DNA of 61,701 nucleotides, counting the filler, from Bipalium vagum (lineage: Eukaryota), in assembly GCA_037834085.1 (NCBI GenBank). It is 3 parts of 3 records of this genome, joined end to end, with 100 filler letters (N's around TTAATTAATTAA, not from the genome) between each part and the next. Parts side by side here need not be neighbours in the genome. Positions count along the whole stretch, not along the records: positions 1 to 21,946 come from JBBMKC010228864.1; positions 22,047 to 44,117 come from JBBMKC010227432.1; 1 more part is not named here. The stretch is one strand, 5' to 3'. The translations under genes were made by a program, and so were the position numbers. Shown in pieces: positions 12,901 through 23,090 of this stretch; the first letter of the stretch is position 1, and every line of letters begins with the position of its first letter. The notes below the pieces were generated by a model. The model saw only the letters and a program-made list of their open reading frames with translations. It ran no database searches and had not been told where the DNA came from.

Positions 12901-15578
12901 GGTTTAAATGTGTCTAGAGAGACTGTCAGAAGAGTTTTAAAGAAATCAAATACATTTACTTACCGAAAGAACATAAAATTAAAATATTGAAATGGGCGAA
13001 GAACAAGGTATAATGGGGTGAAGAATGGAAACATGTCATTCGGAGAGTCGAAAAGAAGTTCAATTTAGATGGCCCAGATGGGTTTGCCTACTATTGGCAT
13101 GACTTAAGAAAATATGAACTAGCTTTTTCTAAGAGGCACACTGGTAGTATTTCTCTCATGATTTGGGCATGCCTTAATTTCTACGGTAAATCAAGTCTTG
13201 CCATAGTTTCAGGAAACCAAAATCAATGGGAATATCAGGAACACTTAACAGAACATCTGTCATTTTTGAATGATTTCGGTGAAGAGAAATCAGTCTTCCA
13301 ACAAGATAACTGTAGATGCCATGTTGCCCGGTCCAATTTACAATGCCTGAATGAGAGAAATATTACAGTTATGCCCTGGCCACCGTATTCGCCGGATTTA
13401 AATCCGATAGAAAACATGTGGGGAATACTTGCCCGCCGTGTTTACGCCGGTGGAAATCAATTCAACACATTTGCTGAGTTGAAATCGACAGTTATTCGTT
13501 GTTGAGAAGGCATCGAGAAAAGTATTTTAGAAAGCCTGGTAAATTCAATGCCAGATAGAGTTTATCAAACTATTTATTCACATGGATGTTCAACAAAGTT
13601 TTAGCAATAAAATGTTACATTTTTGTCTTTTATTTTGAATAAAACTTCAAATTATATAAATGTGTAAATAAATTTTTGTCGATTTTTTTTACCACCATCC
13701 GCTTAATCTCGTTACTAAGTTAATTTTTTATAAAGAATTTCATAATAAACATTTGACATTAGCATGCTAAGAGTACCGTCTTTATTATAATTACATTTGA
13801 TCAACTTACCCTCCTATAATCAGACAAAGTTGCACATTTTATTGATGCGTAAATAAATTTGTGTCGCACTGTATATATTTTATTTATTTATTATTATTAT
13901 TATTTATTTTATTATAGATTTTTATTCATCGTTAATACTTTAACTTTGTTGTAAAAAGTAATAAGATAAAATTTTAAAAAATCAGTTTATTAAATATTGT
14001 TACTTGTTCCTTCGTTTTTCTGTCGAATTATCTACTTGATACTTAATTTTTATCAGATGGATTCTTCACTTACTTCGAAGTAAGAAGATTATTCGTTAAA
14101 GTTAATCAGTCTGTTCTTGTCATTAAAAATATTTTGAATCCTTTAACTGTCTTAGTTAGTAACATTTACTTTTCATAGATGTTTAACCGTAAATAATATT
14201 TAGTACAAACATATCCAATAAGATTTAATGACAAGTTTACAGCCAATTGAGAACATACGAATATGATAATGTAATGAGCTAAAATCTTGTAAGTTTAAAA
14301 TTTAGTGTTAATAGGTACGACTGAACCCCAAGGGAATCTCAACATTATTTAAATAAATATACAAAATAATTTCAAGACAAAAGATACCTGAAATACAATT
14401 TTTAAAAAAATATATATTGGTGCTTTTTTAGTTTGTATCGTAACAGTTGAATTCGACATTATGCGTACTAAATTAATAATTTTCTTAAATTCCTTTTTAT
14501 ATTATATTAATATCCATTGTAAATTATAAATCAAAATTAGTATGGATACTTTTTCAATAGAAGGACTTTCGCATCGCTCTGTAATCATGAAATCTCATAA
14601 AGAAGCAAGTTCATGATATTATTCAATATTTATCTACATATCATAAAATTATCGAGAAGACTGATTTGTGTGAATTATATGAAAATTATAAAGTAATATT
14701 TCATATCGTGGTTTTATTAAAGAATATAAAATAACAATTAAATGTCCATACAAAATATACTTAAATTGTTTGATTAATAATTAGGCTACACAGTGTGAAA
14801 TTGGAGATTTGAAATATTTTCCATATTTTAACACATTATTTGTTTTCATTTTTTAAAAAAGTAGGACTGCTGCATTAGTAAAACTATTATGTTAATGTCA
14901 CTTGGGTCACAGAACACCTTATTAGCAAGAAATACACCAATATCCTTGAACAATGGTAAATCTGATTGTTAGTTGAAAATTAATAGAAGATACCGGGATT
15001 CGAACCCAGAACCTTTCACATGCTCATGGACTGCTCTGAACGCTGATTTTTAATTTATCTCACACTGTTGGTGAAAGATAAATTAACCAAGAAATTTTTG
15101 TAGAGTTTCTCGAAACACTCTTGACCTGGTGTTATTTTCTCTCTATCTTTCTATTTTTAACTATTTCAGTTAACCAATTTAAAAACGGATGTTGATTAAA
15201 AAGTTGTTTTAAAGGATATCATGCTAAACGAACTTAAAAGGATACGAATTACTGTAAGAAAAAAATTATTAATATTATTTTTTACTTAAAATAATAAAAA
15301 ATACTTACGTCATAATTAAAAGTAAAAAATGTTTCAATTATTGTAACAGTGGCAACCAATGAATCATAAATATTTAAACAACAAACAAGCTTGATGTTAG
15401 GAGGCACAAAGATCTTGATGTGGTAAATGGAAATAATGGCCAAACCATTGATGAAAAAACCCATTATTCCAATGACAAATGAAATTATGTTTGAAATTGT
15501 TTGAATATTTGGGGAAATTTTTAGGCTCAAAAAGGTTGAGTTATTTGTTTCTGCAAAATCTTGAAATTTTGAATTCAT
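9965..15578 (-). CDS. Rhodopsin-family (class A) orphan GPCR, two coding exons, ~389 aa
   Basis: Exon 1, 15578-15309, carries an N-glycosylation sequon (NST), TM1 GFFINGL and TM2 CLNIYD, and ends at a GTAAGT donor in phase 0. Exon 2 runs from 10864 (or 10855) to 9965, in frame. It carries TM3 SIDLYIAILHPFSY, TM6 FVCCYLP, TM7 LNPLLYCYRLKEIK and a basic tail. Confidence 0.88.
12304..13871 (+). mobile_element. Full-length but inactivated Tc1/Tc3-like (DD34E) transposon in the GPCR intron
   Basis: Perfect 26-bp TIRs CAGTGCGACACAAATTTATTTACGCA (12304-12329 and 13846-13871) flanked by TA on both sides. Coding remnants EKKFNLDGPDGFAYYWHDLRK, FQQDNCRCH and WPPYSPDLNPIENMWG, with stops and frameshifts. 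Confidence 0.95.
14967..15064 (-). mobile_element. tRNA-containing TG...CA mini-element, copy 2 (internally deleted)
   Basis: The reverse complement begins TGTGAGATAAATTAAAAATCAG, contains CGTTCAGAGCAGTCCATGAGCATGTGAAAGGTTCTGGGTTCGAATCCCGG and ends TAATTTTCAACTAACA. It aligns to 22913-23033. Flanks CTGAT/CTGTT form a 4/5 TSD. Confidence 0.8.
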
Positions 15579-17119
15579 TCTTATGGTCGTTTTATTAAAA
15601 AATGGAATTTATAGGGAAAAAAGATTGATCCAATCAAAATCTGATACAATTTCTTATTTACTATTTGATCTTAGGTTTAAAATAAATTATCTTTTTTCCG
15701 TTTTTGTATCATTAAGAAAAATATAATTATTTTATATTTTGCTGTTATGAAAATCTGTGTACATGAATATTTTGATGGAATGATAATTTTTATTATAAGC
15801 AGCAAATTATTTTTGATACAATAATTTATTTAAGATTTGAAAAATGAAAATTACAAATTTTTTTTATAATATAATTTCAAAAATGAATTTATTTCATATT
15901 ATTAAAGTAGTTTCAATATATATTTGTTTTAATTAATAATTATTATTACATCAGTTATAATTTATTATTATTATTATTACACTTTTAAATTACTATGAAA
16001 ACTTTATTTCAACTATCACAAATGCAATGCAATCACAGTCTTAAATGTAAAATGTCTGAATGTTCAAATTTAAACAATATTGAAAAATCAAAATAAAATA
16101 ATAATAACAACTAAATCAAATAATCAGTTCGATTCAAAATGTTTAATAAAAAATTAATGTTAAAAAAAAACAAAAAATACCAATAGACCCCAGTCTCGCC
16201 GATTCATTATATATTAGGTCGTTTGCTGAGCCATATCCAGGTCGCTTAGAAACTCCATAGCAGCGCAGAACCCATTATTGGCTCCTGTCATACAGTCTGA
16301 TACATTAAATTGTCCAGTACAAAAATTCAACACTTTTACAATTAAAGAAATTTGTTTATAAATATCAGATTATTTATAGTTATCAATTCTAATTAAAAGT
16401 TTTGTAATTTCTTTTATTAAACCATGTAAGGATTTTTGCTTTATAATTCAGCTAGAATATTAGTTTAGTTTAATTTCCAGTATATTCGTCAAATTATGCT
16501 CGATTTCGATTTAACGCCTTTTGACAAAGGACAGATTACGTAAACATGCAGAATAGACATATGAACAGTACTCTTGATTTGACACTGTCTGCTGTCAGTA
16601 AATATTGCCAGCGAAACATCAGTAATGATATGTCACATGAAGGAAACCGTGAAGAAACAGATGGGTTTGACAGGCATATTTCCCGATAACGTCTTCTGAA
16701 AAATTTTTAAAATTCTTTCGTCACAATTTCTGCAATATATCTTCTAACAAATTAATTCGATAAATATTCAAAAATATAAATTTATTCGTTCTCCTTTTGT
16801 ATTCCTGTTATGTTGATCAGAAGGCTTCTTATCAGTCTTAGACCAGTATTATCAATGGAGAATGTTAATTCTATTTTTTGATTTAAAAATTCCAAACCGG
16901 TCCGTCCTTGCGGACCCTTCGGCGTCGCCGTTGTCGAAATTAGATAATTTATTGATCAAAAAATAGTTATTTTTATTATTAATAATTAATATTTTTACAC
17001 TAAAATTATTATATAAGTATAATTATTATTTCATCATTATTATTATTATTATTATTATATTATTGCTGCATCACTTTAACAGTAAGAAAAATTTAACTTC
17101 AAAACCATTTTTATATTTA

Positions 17120-17860
17120 CAGGGGTGTGCAAAAGTCTTAGGAACATTATGAAATTTTGATTATCTTATAGTTTTATTTAATTTGATACAAATAATCAAT
17201 TTAAAGAGCAATGTAAATTTATTTACAAAACACAAAAATCATTTTAAAGTCAAATTAATCTTTTGTTGATCCTCCACTGGCAGTAATAACGGCTTTCAGA
17301 CGATCTGGCTTTGAATTCACATAAGTCGCACTGAGCTTGCCATTTATTTCTGTACGGAAAACGGAGTTTATTACATCTAGTTGCTGACAGTTGACTGGGT
17401 TTCTCTAGCCAAGTTGTTCATTCATTCTTTTCCATATGTTTTCTAATGGATTTAAGTCTAGGGAATTTTCAGGCCACTCCAAAGTTATGATATCATGATT
17501 TCTTAACCAATTCTTACTTTTAAAATATAACACGGGGAGAAATCCTAAATGAAAATATTACAGTGCAGATTTTACAAATATTTTACAGCTTTCTATCCAG
17601 TATGTCGATGTACACTTTGGAGTCCATTATTGTTTTTTTCTCTAAAATCTCTAATTCACCCGGACCATTGGTACTAATGCATATCACCAGGGAGTCTGCA
17701 TGCTTCACTGTCGGTTGTGTGTACCTTTCGTTGTATCTTTCATCAGTTAGTCTGCGAACATATTGAGAATAGTGTCCAAACAGGTTTATGAAGCACTCAT
17801 TCCAGCAGATGTTTTTCTCCAAATCTTTTGAGTTCAAGTCCTTAGCTCAGAGATTCTCGA
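17120..17860 (-). mobile_element. 3' fragment of a Tc1-like transposon
   Basis: TA|CAGGGGTGTGCAAAAGTCTTAGGAACA terminus at 17120. Minus-strand motifs RYTQPTVKH, GPGELEIL and LEWPENSLDLNPLENIW. Confidence 0.85.
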
Positions 17861-19419
17861 TTTGGAACAAAAAAAATTTATTAGAATGTGAAAAAAATAA
17901 AAGAAAAAGGTAAGGGAAACGGAAAATCAAAACATACAATTCTCAGGTCCTGACTTGAGCCTTTATTTATGTATTTAATTATAATAAAATTTGTTTTGTC
18001 TTATTAATGAATCAATTAAGGACTTTGTTTTGTGTTTAAAACAAGCCATAATTTATTTAAAAATTTATTATTATTTAAAAAGTTATTATAATGTCGACAG
18101 GGAACAAATATATTATATGTAAAACAAGTTCAAATTTATTTTTAATAATTTTAAAAATTACTTCGAGCATTAAAATGGGGACATAAAATGATCGAACTTG
18201 ATGGTCAATAATCTTCTAGTTATTTTGTCAGATAATGATATAGTTCTTGATCAGCGTTGTTGGTAAATTTTCTTTCTTTTCTTTTTCTTGAATATGTCAA
18301 ACTTTATATTAATGTTGAAGCGGGCCGAAAGGGATCCTGGTAGTGGCGGTTCTTGATAATAAAAATACTGGCGATCCTTTTTGTAATAAGTCTCAAATGT
18401 TAAAATGTGTTTTTTTGTCAATCTTAATTAAATTTTTACGGACTTCTATACTTATTGTCCTTACAAGAATAATTATTAATTATTATTATTATTATTACTA
18501 TTTACTATTTATATATTATTTACTATATTTATATGTTCATTTAAGATTTTAAACAACTTTTTTTAGTTTCAGTAAGTTAGGTTTTCCTAATAATTTTAAA
18601 AATAAAATTTTATTTATTTGCAAATATTTTCTTTTATTAATTTTCTATATTCTATATTTAATTTTAATAATACTTATTAAATATTTTTTGTTATCCATCA
18701 ATAACTATTTAGATGCACTATAAAAATAATCACCAACATAAAAAAATAAAAGGATTTATTTATTCAATTTTTTTTAACTCAAACAAAAAATGAAAGGATC
18801 ACAAAAGACAGGTCACAATGTTTGGGATCATTAAGATTAATCTTTTGCTGAATATTCGGCCTTTGATGGGAGTCTCCATACATTTTCAACTTTTGAAAAT
18901 AATACATGTGGATGAATAACGTTAAAATGTTAATCGAATAATAACAATCCAAATGTCAAATCAAATGAAGTAAATGAAGTCGAATATTTTATTAAAGATC
19001 AATATTATTAATTAATTAATCGAAATAAGTAAATGAAAAGATAAATAAGAATAAATAAACGTTTTGGTTTTTCAAGATTTTATTTTAAATATAAAACCCC
19101 AAGCATGCAAATAAAATGAAAACCATAACATGGTCTCATTGATTATTAATTATTATATGTAGAGGTTCCAAATAAAAACAAGACAAAAGAAGCCAAAAGG
19201 CCATTTAGAATCCAGAAAATCCGTTAATTTAAACAAATAATTTCATACTTTAAAAAATTTGACTTTTACTGATTTCACTTTGAAAACTGAAATAAAATTT
19301 TAAGTTAAATTAAACAATTGTATTAACTCTTAAAGTTAATAAAAAATTAAAAAGATTTAAATACAAGTAATTTAGTATAAAATATAATCACTTAAATTTA
19401 TTCCAGAATAAGAGTAATA

Positions 19420-19904
19420 CAGCAGAATCCACTTAATATGATCACACTGGGACTTATTACTTTTGTTACCCGAATAATTTAAAAATTACCGTATCTATCT
19501 ACTTTTATTATATCAACATAACAAACCACATTTTATTTAAAATTTATTATCTTTTCCTAAAGTTATATTTTATAAAAAACAATAATTTATTTGAAATATT
19601 CATCCAGTGATTTTGTCGTTTCTTTGCTTCAAAAATTTCCCTAATGAATTGCTCATATTCATAATGTTTCTAAAAGTTTTTCGCTTGATGCTGAACTCGA
19701 TCGATAATATATTAATATTTAAACAAATGTAATTGATTTTTAAAATTTTTTATTAGATGATAAATTTTAATTTTTAATAAATTGATAACATAAACCAAAT
19801 TTTTGATTACAATAAACGGCTTATTTTTAATTAATCTACGTTAAAAAATGTGACCTGATATTTTTGATAACATTAGTCGTGATCACATTAAGCATATTCT
19901 ACTG
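19420..19904. mobile_element. Non-autonomous TA-flanked TIR element (pogo/Tigger-type MITE-like), copy 1
   Basis: Imperfect TIRs CAGCAGAATCCACTTAATATGATCAC / GTGATCACATTAAGCATATTCTACTG with TA flanks. Internal sequence is shared with 39398-40062. Confidence 0.8.
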
Positions 19905-21249
19905 TACAAGTTAAAAATAAAAATAGTTATGAATATTACTATTAATAGTGTAGAGATCAACGACAGCAGAAGCAACAGAAGAATCAGTAGTACTCAATAA
20001 ACCAAAAGAAGTCAAAGAAGTTCAACAAATTCCAAAGAAAAGAAAAAGAATAAACGATCATCAATGTAATAATATCCAATTAAATATTTACATTAGCTGA
20101 AAATTAACTTTCCATCTATCATTCCAGAAGAATTTCTTTCTGTTAAAAAATGATTGATTTAATCGTAAAGTTATTATTTGTATTCAGAATAAAGCTTTTG
20201 AAAAAACACAAGGGGTCTTTGATTTAATTGTTTAACTTTGTAGAGTTAGGTTATTATTTTTAATCTTTACTATATATTACAGAGTATATAATCATAATAT
20301 TATTATTTATTTTATAAAAATATTTTTTAATTTTAATATATTCTGTAATAAACTTTTTGAAATAATATTATATAAATTTAGGATTTTAATCCAATATTTT
20401 CTTGGAAGTCAAATAATAAATCAAAATTTTATAATTACATGTTTATTGAATAATTGACAAGTTTTCCAAGAATTATTAAGCCCAGTTAGCATTTCATTAA
20501 CGGAGAAGTATTTTATTGAAATGGTTCGTCCAAATTTCAGTGCAAAATAATTAGTAATATATGAAGCGATATAAATTATCAAACAAAAATCCCCATTCTT
20601 ATATAAAACGAAATCCTCTACTTTCTCACAAGATAAACAATAGCAATTAACACAAAGTAAATAAGATTTTTTGATTAATTTGATATTTTTTCAATTTATT
20701 CTTATTATTTTATAAATTTGTTTATATTTTGAATTTTATTTACTGATGGTTTGATTTATTTAAATTTTAAAAATGGAACTACAATAATAATTTTGAAATA
20801 TAAAAGCAATTAAATTTAAAATTATTTTCCGCTCTATACTGACTTTATAATTAAAAATATATATTTTTAAATAATTATTTTATATATATTGTTATGTCAC
20901 GACCCAATTTTAAACGTGGTTAAATTGATTACATTAACAATAAAAAAAATATTCATAAAAATAATTATTTTTAAAAAAATGGAATCATTAAATCATAAGA
21001 AAACGAAAATCCAATAGTAATGAAAAAGGTTCAAATATTGGCAAAACAATTATTATATTCATTATAAATTTACAATATGCGTCATATTATTATAAACACC
21101 ACATTTTAAAATTTTTTTCAATTTATATTAAATTTATATAAGTATTTAATCTATATTAATGTGAACAGTATTTCTTTTAATTGTAAATTTAGCGTGAAAA
21201 AGACTAATTAAAATTAAAACTATTTAAATAATTGTAATTAACAATATTT

Positions 21250-21780
21250 TCAACTAGTAGAAGGTATGACCGCCTTTAGCATCGACCACTTGCTGCAAAT
21301 GTTTGCAAAGAAACTGTCAATGGATCTGTGGAGCATCTCGAAAAACTTTTCAATGTAGAACCAGATCTTTTCGATGCTGCTAATAGGATCCTTCTGCGTT
21401 ATGAATCATCTCGCACATATTAATCTTCATATTGCCCCAGATATTTTCAATTGGGTCGACATATGGCGAATTCCTAAATAAGGACAGGACATACCTATTG
21501 TTTGAAAATAAAAAATTGGAAACAACTTGTGGCCTATGACATGCAACGAAATCATGCATGAATATGCAATTAGAAGTCGATCGGAACCAGTTTTTTATCT
21601 TATCTTAGAGAACAATTGTTCTCATGAAAGCAAGATATTGTATCTTGCTCATTATGCCTTCGACCAAATACAAATATCCGGAGTTTTTAGAACTGATAAC
21701 CCCTCCAACATGATCTTGACTGGATCCTTAAAGGTTTCTGTCACCGGTAATGGAATACCGGCTTTTAACACATAATTTTA
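21250..21780 (-). mobile_element. Decayed Tc1-like transposase fragment
   Basis: Minus strand reads RNSPYVDPIENIWGNMK (cf. SPDLNPIENIW) and MHDFVACH (cf. QDNA.CH). Confidence 0.65.
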
Positions 21781-21946
21781 CAATACTAAATCTTTTAATT
21801 TTAAATTAAAAATTTTTGCTTTTATTAAAATCTTGATTGGTATTTATCTATTTAGCCATATATTATAATAGTTATATTCTTGTGCAGTAATTTGTAAATC
21901 AGAATTTAAAGTCGAAGCCATAATAATAATATATTTCATTAAATCA

Positions 21947-22046
21947 NNNNNNNNNNNNNNNNNNNNNNNNNNNNNNNNNNNNNNNNNNNNTTAATTAATT
22001 AANNNNNNNNNNNNNNNNNNNNNNNNNNNNNNNNNNNNNNNNNNNN
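21947..22046. other. Assembly gap spacer (44 N + TTAATTAATTAA + 44 N)
   Basis: Exactly 100 positions. The palindromic 12-mer places stop codons in all six frames. An identical spacer occurs at 44118-44217. Confidence 0.95.
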
Positions 22047-22252
22047 CAGATCTTCTTCAGTCAATTTTCTTCTTCTTCGATGACTTTCTTCAAATGATAT
22101 CACTATCATGATTTAGAAATATTTTCTGCATTATTATTGGATAAAAGTAAAAAAAACTTTTAATTCTACAAACTTTAAAAATATCATTTTTTTAATATTT
22201 TAAAATTTTTTTTTAATTATTCTTTTTTTAAAAATAATTATTTTTTAAAATA

Positions 22253-22500
22253 TTAATTAAGGAAAACATTAATCATCCGTTGATTACTGCTTTCTCCATT
22301 TTGTGAAATAATTTCTGGTTTTAGTTTTTTAATTACTAATGATTCGCATATTTTTCTCTCTTCATCGTTATCAAAGTTGGTCATTACTACAGTAAACGCA
22401 TTTTCATTGGCATATTTATTTCCTTCTCTTTCTTTGCAGCTCACCGTATGATCCAAAAATTTGTTTGTTCTACTTTTTTGTGAATGCTCACTAATTGACT
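22253..22500 (-). mobile_element. 3' fragment of a Penelope-like retroelement (GIY-YIG endonuclease C-terminus)
   Basis: The ORF contains ERKICESLVIKKLKPEIISQ, matching the R.I.E.L.I....P.LN.Q tail of PLE GIY-YIG domains. Confidence 0.65.
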
Positions 22501-22559
22501 GTATTATATGACTGTACTACTATTACTGAGCTACGATTTTGAATAGATGATATTCATGA

Positions 22560-23090
22560 GAGACTTAAAGTTGCCAGGAAGACTTTGACAAACAGGAAAA
22601 CCTTATTAACAATGTCAACAACCTATGAAAAATCGTCATACTCTGAACCTCTGCAAGTAGGAGAATTTGTTAATGCAAACAAATTCATTCAGTTCCTGAA
22701 ATATATGATCGCACACTATGGAAATGTATAATCACCTTTATTAAACTTAAATTTAAGTCTTATACACGATAATGCTAGCCCGAACTGCTGCTGCAGTAAA
22801 CCAATTCCTTATAGATTAGTTTCTAACACATCTGAAACAACCCAGTTATTATCTCGATATGAATTTGCAAGACCGCTACATGTTCCGAAATTTTGAAATT
22901 TTCAGACGACATTGTGAGACAAATTGAAAATTAGTCGGGTGATGTAGCTCAGCGGTCAGAGCAGTCCATGCGCATGTGAAGGTCCTGGGTTCGAATCTCC
23001 GTATTCGTATCTCCAATTAATTTTCAACTAACAGACATATCAACTTTAACAAAAAAGAAGATTTATTACATTTTAATAAAGTTCATATTT
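22560..23090 (+). mobile_element. Decayed mariner-like transposase fragment (atypical family), interrupted by the tRNA-containing element
   Basis: LIHDNASP, LKQPSYYLDMNLQDRYMFRNFEIFRRH|INFNKKEDL. The frame is restored on removing 22913-23038. Related to 47490-47870 and 57600-58560. Confidence 0.7.
22913..23033 (+). mobile_element. tRNA(Ala)-like-containing TG...CA mini-element (solo-LTR-like), copy 1
   Basis: 121 bp, TGTGAG...CTAACA, with a perfect GACAT TSD (22908-22912 / 23034-23038). Internal A box TAGCTCAGCGG (22945-22955), D-stem GCTC/GAGC, B box GGTTCGAATC (22988-22997), ATCTCCA, and a T4 run at 23021-23024. Confidence 0.85.

Noticed and set aside
21991-22002. TTAATTAATTAA palindrome as a biological motif
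   Set aside because: It is centred identically within two 100-nt N spacers, so it is an artificial six-frame-stop linker.
22937-23015. Functional tRNA gene
   Set aside because: The anticodon arm and acceptor stem do not pair canonically, there is a small internal duplication (CGTATT CGTATC), and it lies inside a TSD-flanked insertion.
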